64,000 bases of DNA from Gammaproteobacteria bacterium (GCA_965238175.1 CBDEGZ010000003.1:832001-896000); one strand, 5' to 3'; numbered from the stretch's first letter, positions 31,733 through 43,144 are shown. Program-made: numbers and translations. Notes: generated by a model from the sequence alone, not told the origin.

Positions 31733-32177
31733 ATGAACAAAATTGTTTTTTTAATAACCACGATATTACTTTTATCTTCTTGTGCAAATATAGAACAGAT
31801 AGATAATAAAACACGTCAGTACGGATCTAACAAACCAGAGTTTGTGGTTAATAAAATAAGCATTCAATCTTATAGCTTAAAGTATTATGGTAGTTCTTCC
31901 GTTTCTGAAAAAGATGCGGTAAACAATTGGAATAAAAAAGCCAATTCACTTTGTGGTAAAAAGAAGGCATCAACGACTATCATCAATAATGAGGCTGTAA
32001 CTTACCTTAAGCGAGGACACGAATCGCAGCCGTCGGATCAAGGTGCACTCGTAGCTGTGTGTGTGTGTAGCTACGGGAGGTGTTGGATGTGCATTTGCTT
32101 CACTGGTCGCCGATGGCGCAAGCGGTGGAGATGGAAGGTCGTGCCGATTTGTAGATGGACAGGTTCTATGTAGATGA
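31733..32177 (+). pseudogene. Small lipoprotein, probably frameshifted at a (GT)6 tract
   Basis: Lipobox ILLLSSC. After the tract at 32057-32068 the annotated frame becomes Trp/Arg/Cys-rich, while the alternative frame reads VATGGVGCAFASLVADGASGGDGRSCRFVDGQVLCR and ends in TGA TAG. Confidence 0.6.
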
Positions 32178-32188
32178 TAGATAGAGTT

Positions 32189-34918
32189 TTAATGAGCCTC
32201 ATCCCAATTATCCCCAACTCCTGTATCAACCACTAACGGCACATTTAATTCTGCAGCAGAAGTCATAATCGATTCAATTTTTTCTTTGACTGGATCAATT
32301 TCTTTTTCTGCAACTTCTAGTACTAGTTCATCGTGAACTTGCATGATCATTTTTGCATCAATGTTTTCTTCGTTTAACCATTGATCAACTTTTATCATCG
32401 CGAGTTTTATGATGTCGGCGGCGGTGCCTTGCATGGGTGCATTGATCGCGGTGCGTTCTGCATATTGTCGGCGCTGGCCGTTTCGGGAATTGATCTCGGG
32501 CAAGTACAAGCGTCGGCCAAAAACGGTTTCTACAAAACCTTGTTCGTGGGCAAGTGCGCGCGTGTCATCCATAAATGTTTTTACTGATGGATAACGATCA
32601 AAATATAGATCGATATAGTCTTGCGCTTCACCGCGAGCGACATCTAATTGTTTGGCTAGGCCAAATGCAGACATGCCGTAGATCAAACCAAAATTAATCG
32701 CTTTTGCGGCGCGGCGTTGGTTGGTTTCTACATCTGCAAGTTCGACATTAAACACTTCTGCTGCGGTGGCTTTATGAATATCCTCACCGTTTTTGAAGGC
32801 TTCGAGTAAGCGCGCATCACCGGATAAATGCGCCATGATGCGCAACTCGATCTGCGAGTAATCCGAGGCGATTAGTTTGTAACCTTCTGGAGCGATAAAC
32901 GCTTGTCTTATGCGTCGACCTTCTTCCGTTCTGATTGGAATATTTTGTAAGTTTGGATCAGATGATGAGAGTCGCCCTGTCGCAGCAACGGCTTGATGAT
33001 AGCTGGTATGAATACGATCGGTTTTTTGATTTATTTGTAGTGGCAGTTTATCGGTGTAGGTCGATTTTAATTTGCTTAAGCTTCGATTTTCGAGGATCAA
33101 TTTTGGTAGTAAATATTCCTGTGCAAGTTCTTGTAAAACATTTTCTGCGGTGGAGGGCTGGCCTTTGGGTGTTTTTGAAATGACCGGCAATTCTTTGTCT
33201 TCAAATAAGATTGCTTGGATCTGTTTTGGGGAATTCATGTTGAATGGTTTGCCAGCATCTTCGTAGGCTTGTTCTTCTATTTCCAGCATACGTTTGGCTA
33301 ATTGCTGACTTTGATTTTTCAACATTTTTGCATCAACTTTTACGCCGTTTCGTTCGATGCGAGAAAGAATCGAAACTAGCGGTAATTCAATCTTTTCAAG
33401 AATAGCGGTTTGATTTTCTCGTGCTCTTAATTCTGGAAAAAGTCTTTGGTGTAGTTGTAACGTGATGTCGGCATCTTCAGCAGCGTAAGGCCCAGCTTGT
33501 TCTAATGGGATTTGATTGAAGGTAAGTTGCTTTGCGCCCTTTCCGGCAATGTCTTCAAAATGGATCGTGTTTAAACCTAAATATTTTAACGCCAGTGCAT
33601 CCATATTATGTCGTGTCGCGGTGCTGTCCAGCACATAGGATTCGAGCATAGTGTCGAATTCAATACCATTTAGTTCGATGTCGTGATTGGCTAAAACATT
33701 TTTATCGTATTTTAAGTTTTGGCCAATTTTTTTCTGATCAGGATCTTCCAAAATTGGTTTTAACTTTCCGAGTAAAATGTCGCGACTAATTTGATCTGGT
33801 GCGCCGAGATAATTGTGACCACAGGGAACATAAGCGGCTGCGCCTGGTTTCACTGCAAAAGAAACGCCGACGATTTCAGCTTGCATATAATCAAGGCTGG
33901 TGGTTTCGGTATCAAATGCAAAATGATCGGAAGATTTAAGTTTTTCGATCCATCGATCTAATTGCTCTTCAGTAAGCACAGTTTCGTAGCCAGTTGTAAT
34001 GGATTCATTTTTTTCTGATTCTGATATATCAATATCAGATCCAGCTTGTGGCGTATAATCCTGAGCGCTTGATAATTCTCTTAACCAGGTTTTAAATTCG
34101 AGTTGAGTATATAAATCAATCAAGGTTTCTTTTTCTGCTGTTGTCGGGATTAACTCTATCGGTGTTTGATCTAGTGGGACATCCAGAACTATGGTCGCGA
34201 GTTGTTTTGACAAAGGAAGTTGATCCAAAGCGACGCGTAAATTTTCACCCACTTTGCCTTTTATATTTTCGGCATTTTCGATCACGCCATCAAGAGAGCC
34301 ATATTCGTTGATCCATTTGACTGCGGTTTTGGGGCCGACTTTTTCAACGCCAGGAATGTTGTCGACTTTGTCGCCCATCAATGTCAGGTAGTCAATTATT
34401 TGATCTGGCTTAACCCCAAATTTTTCTACAACACCTTCGTGATCCATCAACTTTCCATTATTCATGGTGTTGATCAAAAACACATTGTCATCAACTAATT
34501 GAGCCATGTCTTTGTCGCCGGTGGAAATAACCGTGTGTATGTTTTCTTTACTTGCTTGTGCGGACAGTGTGCCGATAACATCATCGGCTTCAACATTGTC
34601 GATGACTAATAATGGCCAACCACTTGCTATGATCAATTCATGTAAAGGCACAATCTGACATCGGAGATCTTCATCCATCGGTGGTCGGTTGGCTTTGTAG
34701 TCTGGAAAAAGATCATTACGAAATGTTTTTCCTTTTGCGTCGAAGATCACCGCTAGATATTTCGGATCAAAATCGTTGATCAATTTTCGCAGCATATTCA
34801 TTACGCCATGAATGGCACCGGTCGGTTGACCTTTGGAGTTTGTCAGCGGTGGAAGAGCATGAAAAGCGCGGAATAAATAGGACGAGCCATCAACTAATAT
34901 AAAGGTATCTTTTTTCAC
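32189..34918 (-). CDS. polA: DNA polymerase I
   Basis: LVDGSSYLFRAFHA, FDTETT, TGRLSSSDPNLQNIP, DYSQIELR, QVHDELV. GTG start at 34918 is likely. Confidence 0.98.
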   Translation of the reverse strand: MKKDTFILVDGSSYLFRAFHALPPLTNSKGQPTGAIHGVMNMLRKLINDFDPKYLAVIFDAKGKTFRNDLFPDYKANRPPMDEDLRCQIVPLHELIIASGWPLLVIDNVEADDVIGTLSAQASKENIHTVISTGDKDMAQLVDDNVFLINTMNNGKLMDHEGVVEKFGVKPDQIIDYLTLMGDKVDNIPGVEKVGPKTAVKWINEYGSLDGVIENAENIKGKVGENLRVALDQLPLSKQLATIVLDVPLDQTPIELIPTTAEKETLIDLYTQLEFKTWLRELSSAQDYTPQAGSDIDISESEKNESITTGYETVLTEEQLDRWIEKLKSSDHFAFDTETTSLDYMQAEIVGVSFAVKPGAAAYVPCGHNYLGAPDQISRDILLGKLKPILEDPDQKKIGQNLKYDKNVLANHDIELNGIEFDTMLESYVLDSTATRHNMDALALKYLGLNTIHFEDIAGKGAKQLTFNQIPLEQAGPYAAEDADITLQLHQRLFPELRARENQTAILEKIELPLVSILSRIERNGVKVDAKMLKNQSQQLAKRMLEIEEQAYEDAGKPFNMNSPKQIQAILFEDKELPVISKTPKGQPSTAENVLQELAQEYLLPKLILENRSLSKLKSTYTDKLPLQINQKTDRIHTSYHQAVAATGRLSSSDPNLQNIPIRTEEGRRIRQAFIAPEGYKLIASDYSQIELRIMAHLSGDARLLEAFKNGEDIHKATAAEVFNVELADVETNQRRAAKAINFGLIYGMSAFGLAKQLDVARGEAQDYIDLYFDRYPSVKTFMDDTRALAHEQGFVETVFGRRLYLPEINSRNGQRRQYAERTAINAPMQGTAADIIKLAMIKVDQWLNEENIDAKMIMQVHDELVLEVAEKEIDPVKEKIESIMTSAAELNVPLVVDTGVGDNWDEAH

Positions 34919-34955
34919 AGTGTTGTCTTCATTGGTTTGGGGTAAAATGCACATT

Positions 34956-35690
34956 ATGAATGATCAAACCAAAAGCCTCCATGCCTCTCGGTTGATGGAA
35001 GGAAAAGAAAAAGACAATGTATCTATGCCAGAATCTTGGAAAATTTTTCAGATCATGGCGGAATTTGTTGAAGGTTATGAAAAACTCGCAGGCATAAAAC
35101 CTTCGGTGAGTATTTTTGGATCGGCCAGGTTTAGCCCAGATCATAAATATTACAAATTGACAGAAGAGATTGCCTATAAACTTTCAGAGTCAGGGTTTTC
35201 TGTCGTTACTGGTGGTGGGCCGGGTGTGATGGAAGCAGGGAACAAAGGCGCATTTGCAGGACCATCGCCCAGTGTTGGTTTGAATATCGAGTTGCCACAC
35301 GAACAATCTGGTAACCCATATCAAGATATTGGAATTACTTTTCGGCATTTTTTCTCGCGCAAAGTGATGTTTGTGAAATATGCGTCGGCCTATGTTGTAT
35401 TGCCCGGTGGTTTTGGTACTTTGGATGAATTGGCTGAGATATTGACGTTAGTGCAAACAGGCAAGTCTGCAAAAATCCCCATTGTTCTGGTGGGTTCAGA
35501 TTTTTGGAAAGGTTTAGTGCAATGGTTTAAGGATTCACTGGTTGAAAATGGCACGATTAGTGCCAATGATTTAGCTCTATTCACTGTTGTCGATCGGGCG
35601 GACGAAGTGGTAGACACTATTTTTGAATATTACGATAAACGTGGCTTTGAACCGTCTGGGGAAGAGCAAGAAGCATTACTGCAACTTTAA
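34956..35690 (+). CDS. LOG family (TIGR00730) nucleotide phosphoribohydrolase
   Basis: SIFGSAR, TGGGPGVMEA, RKVMFVK, PGGFGTLDE. Confidence 0.92.
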   Translation: MNDQTKSLHASRLMEGKEKDNVSMPESWKIFQIMAEFVEGYEKLAGIKPSVSIFGSARFSPDHKYYKLTEEIAYKLSESGFSVVTGGGPGVMEAGNKGAFAGPSPSVGLNIELPHEQSGNPYQDIGITFRHFFSRKVMFVKYASAYVVLPGGFGTLDELAEILTLVQTGKSAKIPIVLVGSDFWKGLVQWFKDSLVENGTISANDLALFTVVDRADEVVDTIFEYYDKRGFEPSGEEQEALLQL

Positions 35691-35704
35691 GAGGGAAAAG
35701 AAAA

Positions 35705-36052
35705 ATGCAGAAGAAATTGCGACAATTAATTTTCATCACAGTTTTAGGTATCGCTGCAGGTTCACATGCAGAACAACCGGCAAATCTAGAACCATTACCA
35801 GATGCTCCTCGACCTCCTGATATTGTTGATTCAGGTGAAACACTAGAGCCGGAAATTACCATTATCGATAGAGAAGAAAAAGTCATTGAAGAATATCGAC
35901 TGAACGGCCATCTCTATATGATCAAAATCACACCTGCATTTGGTCCTTCCTATTACATACTTGATCAAGATGGTGATGGAAAAATGGAAACGAACATGAG
36001 CGAGATCTATTCTAATTTCGTTGTGCCTTCGTGGGTTATTTTCAGCTGGTAA
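35705..36052 (+). CDS. DUF2782-like secreted protein
   Basis: Signal peptide, [40 protein letters not shown]. Confidence 0.8.
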   Translation: MQKKLRQLIFITVLGIAAGSHAEQPANLEPLPDAPRPPDIVDSGETLEPEITIIDREEKVIEEYRLNGHLYMIKITPAFGPSYYILDQDGDGKMETNMSEIYSNFVVPSWVIFSW

Positions 36053-36066
36053 AGGAAGTTATAGAA

Positions 36067-37149
36067 ATGGTTGATGTATGCGAAGTGACAGAAGGGTTTG
36101 CAGATAGGGGTTTGCCGTTTGATGTGCCGACAACTATTCCAGAAGATCTTGATGATGATCAAAAAGAAGAACTTTATGATCGAATAGCAAAACTCCTTAA
36201 GAAAGAGGATGCGATTCTTGTTGCACACTATTATGTGGATGCTGAGTTGCAAATTTTAGCCGAGAAAACAGGTGGCTATGTTTCTGATTCGCTAGACATG
36301 GCAAGATTTGGAACTGAAAGTGATGCTTCTACGCTAGTGGTAGTCGGTGTACGTTTTATGGGTGAAACGGCGAAGATCTTAAATCCTGAAAAAAGAATAT
36401 TAATGCCCGAGTTGGATGCTAACTGTTCACTCGATTTGGGTTGTGAAGCAGAGGAGTTTTCAATATTCTGCGATGAAAACCCTGACCGTACTGTGATTGT
36501 CTATGCTAATACCAGTGCAGCGGTTAAGGCGCGTGCAGACTGGATGGTGACGTCTGGGAGTGCCGTAGATGTTATAAATCATTTGCAAGAGAGGGGAGAA
36601 AAGATCCTTTGGGCACCCGATAAATATCTCGGTGATTATGTTCAGCGACAAACAAATGCGGATATGTTGCTTTGGGATGGATCTTGTATTGTTCATGAAT
36701 CTTTCAAGGGTTCTGAACTTGCAAAAATGAAAAAAGCTCGTCCAGAAACTAAAATTCTCGTTCACCCAGAATCCCCACCGAATGTGATCGAGCTTGCAGA
36801 TTTTGTTGGATCGACAACAGGTCTAATCAACTACGCTAAGGGTTCTGACGCTAAAGAATTTATCGTTGCAACTGATCGAGGGATCTTCCACAAAATGAAA
36901 CAAGCTGCGCCAGGGAAAGTGTTTCTTGAAGCGCCAACAGCAGGTGAAAGTGCAACTTGTCAGAGTTGTTCACATTGTCCATGGATGGCTATGAATAGCT
37001 TAACCAAATTAGCTGATTGTTTAGAAAAGGGTACTAATGAAATATTTGTCGATGAAGATGTTCGTGAAAAAGCGGTTAATTCTATTACTCGTCTACTCGA
37101 CTTTTCGAAGTCGCAAGGACATGTAATTTATGGCAATAACGACGCCTGA
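36067..37149 (+). CDS. nadA: Quinolinate synthase
   Basis: [47 protein letters not shown]. Confidence 0.96.
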   Translation: MVDVCEVTEGFADRGLPFDVPTTIPEDLDDDQKEELYDRIAKLLKKEDAILVAHYYVDAELQILAEKTGGYVSDSLDMARFGTESDASTLVVVGVRFMGETAKILNPEKRILMPELDANCSLDLGCEAEEFSIFCDENPDRTVIVYANTSAAVKARADWMVTSGSAVDVINHLQERGEKILWAPDKYLGDYVQRQTNADMLLWDGSCIVHESFKGSELAKMKKARPETKILVHPESPPNVIELADFVGSTTGLINYAKGSDAKEFIVATDRGIFHKMKQAAPGKVFLEAPTAGESATCQSCSHCPWMAMNSLTKLADCLEKGTNEIFVDEDVREKAVNSITRLLDFSKSQGHVIYGNNDA

Positions 37150-37784
37150 TGGTGGCAAATAATACTGAAGCTGTGGTTTTGATCCACGGTCTTTTTATGA
37201 ATGGCTGGGATATGTCATTACTGCGATCCCGAATTGCAGATGCAGGTTATTCTACGTATCAATTTTCATATCATTCGACAAGTGCCAATGTGGAAGAGAT
37301 TACGTCTGAACTAAATGAGTTTATTGAGAACATTCATTCAGAAACGATCCATTATGTTGGTCATAGCCTCGGTGGGCTTGTTATTCGTCACTTCCTAAAA
37401 CGATATCCAAACACGCCTAATGGTCGGGTCGTTACATTGGGCTCGCCACATAATGGTAGTAATGCGGCACATTTCTTAAATCGCTACGAGTTCACTTCAA
37501 AAATTCTCGGAGAAAGTTTGAATACAGGGCTTTTGGGAAATGCGCCTCCTTGGTCTGGCCGTAGAGAATTGGGTTCTATTGCGGGTAACGTTGGCTTCGG
37601 AATGGGGGTTATTTTTCCAGATTTAAAAGAACCTAATGATGGCACTGTCTCCGTTGATGAAACGAAGCTGGAAAACATGGCCGAGCACTTATTAATTCCA
37701 ACATCACATACAGGATTGTTGTTATCGAAGAGTGCAGCAGATCAGACACTTTATTTCCTCAAACACGTGAGATTTGCAAATTAA
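37149..37784 (+). CDS. Alpha/beta hydrolase (lipase/esterase-like)
   Basis: LIHGL, GHSLGG nucleophile elbow, TLGSPHNGS, NDGTV, SHTGLL; TGATG overlap with nadA. Confidence 0.85.
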   Translation: MVANNTEAVVLIHGLFMNGWDMSLLRSRIADAGYSTYQFSYHSTSANVEEITSELNEFIENIHSETIHYVGHSLGGLVIRHFLKRYPNTPNGRVVTLGSPHNGSNAAHFLNRYEFTSKILGESLNTGLLGNAPPWSGRRELGSIAGNVGFGMGVIFPDLKEPNDGTVSVDETKLENMAEHLLIPTSHTGLLLSKSAADQTLYFLKHVRFAN

Positions 37785-37830
37785 TGGGTAAGATTTAGAA
37801 AAATACTTGATTTTAATCAAGCATTCGCGG

Positions 37831-37859
37831 TTGACACGGTTTTGAATATTTTTGATAAT
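37831..37859 (+). promoter_or_regulatory. Sigma70 promoter of the tRNA-tuf operon
   Basis: TTGACA-17 nt-GATAAT with a GC-rich discriminator, 16 nt before tRNA-Tyr. Confidence 0.8.
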
Positions 37860-37875
37860 AGTCGGCTGTCGGTTT

Positions 37876-37960
37876 GGAGGGGTGGCCGAGTGGTTAAAGG
37901 CGACGGACTGTAAATCCGTTCTCTCAGAGTACGCTGGTTCGAATCCAGCCCCCTCCACCA
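37876..37960 (+). tRNA. tRNA-Tyr(GTA)
   Basis: GGAGGGG acceptor stem, anticodon loop ctGTAaa, long variable arm, GGTTCGAATCC, encoded CCA. Confidence 0.97.
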
Positions 37961-38052
37961 TTGATGGAGATGAAGATCGCAAAGTGGGTTGCGGTGTGAA
38001 GATTAATTAAGGCTTTGGGATATGTAGTTTAAAATAAAGTGGTTTTAACGAT

Positions 38053-38126
38053 GCGGGTGTAGTTCAATGGTAGAACGTCAGCCTTCCAAGCTGAACACGT
38101 GGGTTCGATTCCCATCACCCGCTCCA
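38053..38126 (+). tRNA. tRNA-Gly(TCC)
   Basis: GCGGGTG acceptor, ctTCCaa loop, GGTTCGATTCC, CCA end. Confidence 0.97.
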
Positions 38127-38158
38127 AATACAATAAGGAAGATGCTGCAAGCTTCGTA

Positions 38159-38233
<75 letters not shown>

Positions 38234-38339
38234 CCTACTCCAAGCACATAAGAGTGAGATGATAGTTTTTATTATATCGATATTTAAGTGAAGTAAGCGT
38301 TAGGGAACATTTGTAATTAATTTCGGGGAGTGCCTCAAG

Positions 38340-39530
38340 ATGTCTAAGGAAAAATTTGAACGAACGAAACCACATGTAAACGTCGGAACGATCGGCCACG
38401 TAGATCATGGTAAGACGACGTTAACGGCGGCGATAACGACGCATCAAGCGAGCAAATTTGGTGGCGAAACCAAAGCATACGATCAAATCGACAACGCCCC
38501 TGAAGAACGAGAGCGAGGTATCACCATAGCAACGGCGCATGTGGAATACGAAAGTGAAAATCGACACTATGCCCATGTAGATTGCCCGGGACATGCGGAT
38601 TACGTCAAAAACATGATCACCGGCGCGGCGCAAATGGACGGCGCAATCCTTGTATGTTCAGCGGCCGATGGCCCAATGCCGCAAACGCGAGAACATATCC
38701 TATTGTCACGCCAGGTAGGTGTACCTTACATTCTTGTGTACATGAACAAAGCCGACATGGTCGATGACGAAGAACTGATCGAACTGGTCGAAATGGAAAT
38801 CCGAGAACTCCTCGACAGCTATGACTTTCCTGGAGATGACACGCCAATTATTATAGGCTCTGCGCTGAAAGCCCTAGAAGGCGACAGCAGTGACATCGGT
38901 ACACCGTCAATAGACAAACTGGTTGAAGCACTCGACAGCTACATCCCTGAGCCGGAACGTGCGGTAGACGGCGCCTTCATCATGCCGATAGAAGACGTGT
39001 TCTCTATTTCAGGCCGGGGTACAGTAGTGACCGGGCGAATCGAACGGGGAATAGTTCACGTTGGCGATGAAATAGAAATCGTTGGTATCAAAGACACCCA
39101 AATAACGACGTGTACCGGTGTTGAAATGTTCCGTAAACTACTCGACGAAGGTCAGGCAGGCGACAACGTTGGCGTACTGCTTCGCGGTACAAAACGGGAA
39201 GAAGTGGAACGAGGTCAGGTGTTAGCGGCGAAGGGCTCAATCAACCCCCATACTCACTTTGAAGCAGAGCTTTATATCTTGTCAAAAGATGAGGGAGGCC
39301 GACACACGCCCTTTTTCAACAACTACCGACCCCAGTTTTACTTCCGTACGACAGACGTAACGGGGGCCTGTGAATTACCTGAAGGAACTGAAATGGTGAT
39401 GCCGGGTGACAATGTGAAGATGACGATTAAATTAATCGCTCCGATAGCGATGGATGAGGGATTACGCTTTGCTATCCGTGAAGGTGGCCGTACTGTGGGT
39501 GCGGGTGTTGTTGCTAAGGTTATTGAATAA
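38340..39530 (+). CDS. tuf: Elongation factor Tu (tufB position)
   Basis: [34 protein letters not shown]. Confidence 0.99.
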   Translation: MSKEKFERTKPHVNVGTIGHVDHGKTTLTAAITTHQASKFGGETKAYDQIDNAPEERERGITIATAHVEYESENRHYAHVDCPGHADYVKNMITGAAQMDGAILVCSAADGPMPQTREHILLSRQVGVPYILVYMNKADMVDDEELIELVEMEIRELLDSYDFPGDDTPIIIGSALKALEGDSSDIGTPSIDKLVEALDSYIPEPERAVDGAFIMPIEDVFSISGRGTVVTGRIERGIVHVGDEIEIVGIKDTQITTCTGVEMFRKLLDEGQAGDNVGVLLRGTKREEVERGQVLAAKGSINPHTHFEAELYILSKDEGGRHTPFFNNYRPQFYFRTTDVTGACELPEGTEMVMPGDNVKMTIKLIAPIAMDEGLRFAIREGGRTVGAGVVAKVIE

Positions 39531-39547
39531 TAATAAGTAAAGATCAG

Positions 39548-39578
39548 AAATGGCTCCCGGTTTTACCTGGAGCCATTT
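39548..39578 (+). terminator. Hairpin between tuf and tRNA-Trp
   Basis: aaatggctcc...ggagccattt 10 bp stem followed by T-rich sequence. Confidence 0.55.
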
Positions 39579-39607
39579 GTCATTTTTTGGGAAAGATAAA
39601 AAACAAC

Positions 39608-39683
39608 AGGCCAGTAGCTCAATTGGCAGAGCGACGGTCTCCAAAACCGTAGGTTGGGGGTTCGATTCCCTCCTGGCCTGCCA
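39608..39683 (+). tRNA. tRNA-Trp(CCA)
   Basis: AGGCCAG acceptor, ctCCAaa loop, GGTTCGATTCC, CCA end. Confidence 0.97.
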
Positions 39684-39749
39684 TCTTTAATCCCGAAGGG
39701 ATCGAGAAGGCGGGTTATACGAGTGACTGTTGTTGATATTGGGTAAATT

Positions 39750-40127
39750 ATGAATTCTAAGGTAGAAACAAAAGCTTCACCGCTTGATACAGTAAAGTTG
39801 GTTGTCGCATTATTGATCGTGATTACCGCAGTGGTAGGGTATTACTACTTTGCTGATCAATCGCAGCTTTTCAGGGTGTTAGGTATGCTTGCCGCAGTCG
39901 GTGTTGCGGTTGCAATTGCGTTTCAGACTGAAAAGGGTCGAGGGATTTGGAGTTTTATTCATGATGCTCAAATAGAAGTTCGTAAAGTAGTCTGGCCGAC
40001 AAAACAAGAAACCATTCAGACGACACTTATCGTATTATTCGTGGTATTCGTGGTAGGGGTTTTTCTCTTTTTCCTGGATATGGGCTTGTCCAAAATCGTT
40101 AGTCTAGTCACTGGGGTTGGGGGGTAG
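39750..40127 (+). CDS. secE: Preprotein translocase subunit SecE
   Basis: Three TM segments, EVRKVVWPT motif, conserved synteny. Confidence 0.96.
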   Translation: MNSKVETKASPLDTVKLVVALLIVITAVVGYYYFADQSQLFRVLGMLAAVGVAVAIAFQTEKGRGIWSFIHDAQIEVRKVVWPTKQETIQTTLIVLFVVFVVGVFLFFLDMGLSKIVSLVTGVGG

Positions 40128-40131
40128 TTCG

Positions 40132-40665
40132 ATGTTACTAAAGTGGTATGTAGTACACGCCTATTCTGGCCATGAAGAGCGAGTTATGAACTCGTTAAAA
40201 GAGCGAGCTGAGCGGTTTGAAATGGAACACTTCTTCGGCGATATTCTTGTACCTACTGAAGAAGTAGTTGAAATGAAAGGTGGTGAAAAGAAAAGTAGTG
40301 AGAGAAAATTTTTCCCAGGCTATGTGTTAGTTCAAATGGAGATGAATGATGACACCTGGCACATGGTTAGAGACACTGATCGTGTAATGGGTTTTATAGG
40401 TGGAACTAGCGAAAAACCGGCGCCTATATCAGAAAAAGAAGCCGATGCAATTTTGCAACGAGTTCAAGAAGGTGTCGATCAACCGGCTCCAAAAGTATTG
40501 TTTGATGTTGGAGCTTTGGTACGAGTTATTGATGGCCCATTTGCGGATTTCAGTGGTGTTGTCGAAGATGTTAATTACGAGAAAAGTAAATTGACAGTAT
40601 CAGTTTCAATATTTGGACGATCAACTCCGGTAGAGTTGGGTTTTGATCAAGTAGAGAAAGAATAG
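40132..40665 (+). CDS. nusG: Transcription termination/antitermination factor NusG
   Basis: [28 protein letters not shown]. Confidence 0.98.
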   Translation: MLLKWYVVHAYSGHEERVMNSLKERAERFEMEHFFGDILVPTEEVVEMKGGEKKSSERKFFPGYVLVQMEMNDDTWHMVRDTDRVMGFIGGTSEKPAPISEKEADAILQRVQEGVDQPAPKVLFDVGALVRVIDGPFADFSGVVEDVNYEKSKLTVSVSIFGRSTPVELGFDQVEKE

Positions 40666-40725
40666 GGATTTGTTTTTTAATTGAGTTTGAAAAAGCAAGT
40701 CTAAAGATAAACATTTTTCAACTGA

Positions 40726-40752
40726 TGGGGAGCCGAAAGGCGTTTGAACCCG
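40726..40752 (+). promoter_or_regulatory. Putative L1-binding leader of rplK-rplA
   Basis: GGGGAGCC-GAAA-GGCGTTTGAACCC immediately before the rplK RBS; resembles the L1 autoregulatory site. Confidence 0.6.
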
Positions 40753-40764
40753 GGGAGAAGAGAA

Positions 40765-41199
40765 GTGGCTAAGAAAATAGAAGCCTACATTAAGTTACAA
40801 GTGCCTGCTGGCCAGGCCAATCCAAGCCCGCCTGTTGGTCCTGCATTAGGACAACATGGTGTAAATATTATGGAATTTTGTAAAGCATTTAATGCTCAGA
40901 CTCAAGGCACTGAACCTGGTTTGCCGATCCCTGTCGTTATTACAGTCTATGCTGACAGAAGTTTTACTTATGTTACTAAAACACCACCTGCGGCTGTTTT
41001 GATTCTGAAGGCGGCTGGCCTTAAAAAAGGTAGTGGTACTCCAAATACTGACAAAGTTGGTAAGTTAAATCGTGCGCAACTTGAAGAGATTGCGAAAACT
41101 AAAGAGCCTGATTTAACCGCATCTGATGTTGATGCTGCAGTACGTACAATTGCAGGTACTGCCCGTAGCATGGGAATTGAGACGGAGGGCGTTAACTGA
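40765..41199 (+). CDS. rplK: 50S ribosomal protein L11
   Basis: GTG start, [15 protein letters not shown]. Confidence 0.98.
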   Translation: MAKKIEAYIKLQVPAGQANPSPPVGPALGQHGVNIMEFCKAFNAQTQGTEPGLPIPVVITVYADRSFTYVTKTPPAAVLILKAAGLKKGSGTPNTDKVGKLNRAQLEEIAKTKEPDLTASDVDAAVRTIAGTARSMGIETEGVN

Positions 41200-41891
41200 T
41201 GGCTAAGCTAACAAAGCGTGCGAAGTTAATCGCAGAAAAGGTTGAAGCAGAAAAGGTCTACACGATCGAAGAAGCGTTACAAATTTTAAAAGACGTTTCA
41301 TCTGTTAAGTTTGATGAAGGTGTCGATGTTTCAGTTAATTTGGGTATTAACCCAACTAAGTCGGATCAAAACGTCCGAGGTTCTACTGTTCTTCCTAATG
41401 GTACGGGTAAGACTGTACGTGTTGCTGTTTTTGCTGAAGGTGACAAAGCTGATGCTGCAAAAGAGGCAGGTGCAGATATTGTCGGTATGGATGAACTTGC
41501 TGATGAGATCAAAAAAGGCATGATGGATTTTGATGTGGTTGTCGCAGCACCAGAAGCTATGCGTGTTGTAGGCCAGTTGGGAACATTACTTGGGCCTCGA
41601 GGTTTGATGCCTAATCCTAAAGTTGGGACTGTAACACCCGATGTTGCCACGGCTGTTAAAAATGCTAAGGGTGGTCAGGTTCAATACAGAACAGAAAAAG
41701 GTGGCATTATCCATGGGACGATTGGTAAGCTTTCGTTTGATGTTAATGCATTAAAAGAAAACCTTGTGGCTCTTATGGAAGATTTGAAAAAAGCTAAGCC
41801 AAGTTCAGCAAAGGGTGTCTATTTGCAGAAGGTTTCCGTTAGCAGCACGATGGGGCCAGGCTTGGAAGTCGATATAGCATCGATTTCGTAA
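41199..41891 (+). CDS. rplA: 50S ribosomal protein L1
   Basis: [23 protein letters not shown]. Confidence 0.98.
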   Translation: MAKLTKRAKLIAEKVEAEKVYTIEEALQILKDVSSVKFDEGVDVSVNLGINPTKSDQNVRGSTVLPNGTGKTVRVAVFAEGDKADAAKEAGADIVGMDELADEIKKGMMDFDVVVAAPEAMRVVGQLGTLLGPRGLMPNPKVGTVTPDVATAVKNAKGGQVQYRTEKGGIIHGTIGKLSFDVNALKENLVALMEDLKKAKPSSAKGVYLQKVSVSSTMGPGLEVDIASIS

Positions 41892-41965
41892 AATAAGATC
41901 TGCGATATCAAAATTTAGTAAAAAACTTTGGGCGGCTAGATCAAATATATATTTGTTTTAGTTGT

Positions 41966-42060
41966 CGTCAAAGACCGTAGGGGTTTTTTGTTCAGATTGA
42001 TGTTGAATTATTTGAATAGAAAGCTTAATTAGGAAATATATCTACCCCGCGCAGACGGTG
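41966..42060 (+). promoter_or_regulatory. L10 leader (rplJ autoregulatory RNA)
   Basis: AAGACCGTAGG...TTAA...CCCCGCGCAGACGG pattern within the 310 nt rplA-rplJ spacer. Confidence 0.7.
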
Positions 42061-42201
42061 CTTCCAAAACAGATGAATACTCTGGTTGGGTGCCGTAAAT
42101 GGGTCTCATTAATATTTATTTTTAAACATTAATGGGGCATTTATGGAGAGAGTATATTTGTGGTCTAAAGACTACGGTGTACTCAATCAGGAGAAATAAA
42201 C

Positions 42202-42726
42202 GTGCTTAATCTTGAACAGAAAAAAGCAATTGTAGCGCAAGTTGCAGAGGTTGCATCAAGTGCACATTCTGCAATAGCGGCGGAATATGCCGGTGTCACT
42301 GTTGAGCAAATGACCAGCCTTCGTAATGCTGCACGAGGTGGAGGTGTTCACCTTCAAGTTGTGCGAAATACGCTTGCGAAAAGAGCACTGGAGGGCACTG
42401 ACTACGAATGTATGTTAGATGGCTTAACGGGGCAATTGGTTCTGGCATTTTCTCAGGAAGATCCAGGTGCGGCAGCGCGAGTTATTAAGGACTTTGCAAA
42501 GGATAATGACCAATTAGTAGTTAAGATGGTTTCTATCGGTGGCAAATTACTTGAGCCGGGCGATATTGCTGCGCTTGCAAAATTACCTACATACGATCAA
42601 GCAGTATCACTTTCAATGGCAGTTATGAAAGCACCAATCGAAAAATTCGTTCGTACGTTGAATGAACCGCATGCGAAATTGGTTCGAACTATCGCTGCTG
42701 TGCGTGATCAAAAACAAGCTGCTTAA
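42202..42726 (+). CDS. rplJ: 50S ribosomal protein L10
   Basis: [16 protein letters not shown]; synteny. Confidence 0.97.
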   Translation: MLNLEQKKAIVAQVAEVASSAHSAIAAEYAGVTVEQMTSLRNAARGGGVHLQVVRNTLAKRALEGTDYECMLDGLTGQLVLAFSQEDPGAAARVIKDFAKDNDQLVVKMVSIGGKLLEPGDIAALAKLPTYDQAVSLSMAVMKAPIEKFVRTLNEPHAKLVRTIAAVRDQKQAA

Positions 42727-42766
42727 CGCTACAAAACAATTAATTAACAATTACGGAGTATTTATC

Positions 42767-43144
42767 ATGGCTGTAACTAAAGACGATATCCTGGAAGCGA
42801 TTTCCAATATGTCAGTAATGGACGTTGTTGAACTTGTTGAAGCAATGGAAGAAAAATTTGGCGTATCTGTTGCTGCAGTCGCAGCTGCACCTGCGGCCGC
42901 TGCTGCTGATGGCGGTGCTGCTGCTGAAGTTAAAGATGAGTTTGATGTTGTAATGACAAGTTTTGGCGAGAACAAAGTTGCTGCGATTAAAGTGGTTCGC
43001 GCAATTACTGGCTTAGGTCTTAAAGAAGCGAAAGAAATGGTTGAAGGTGTTCCTTCAACGATTAAAGAAGCTGCTACTAAAGACGAAGCAGAAGACATTA
43101 AGAAACAGCTCGAAGAAGCTGGCGCTGCTGTCGAGCTTAAGTGA
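42767..43144 (+). CDS. rplL: 50S ribosomal protein L7/L12
   Basis: MEEKFGVS, Ala-rich hinge, [12 protein letters not shown]. Confidence 0.98.
   Translation: MAVTKDDILEAISNMSVMDVVELVEAMEEKFGVSVAAVAAAPAAAAADGGAAAEVKDEFDVVMTSFGENKVAAIKVVRAITGLGLKEAKEMVEGVPSTIKEAATKDEAEDIKKQLEEAGAAVELK

Noticed and set aside
37860-37875. Missing tRNA-Thr(TGT) before tRNA-Tyr
   Set aside because: The Tyr-Gly-Thr-tuf-Trp order is ordinary outside enterobacteria.
42868-42930. GCT-rich low-complexity run
   Set aside because: It encodes the normal Ala-rich hinge of L7/L12.
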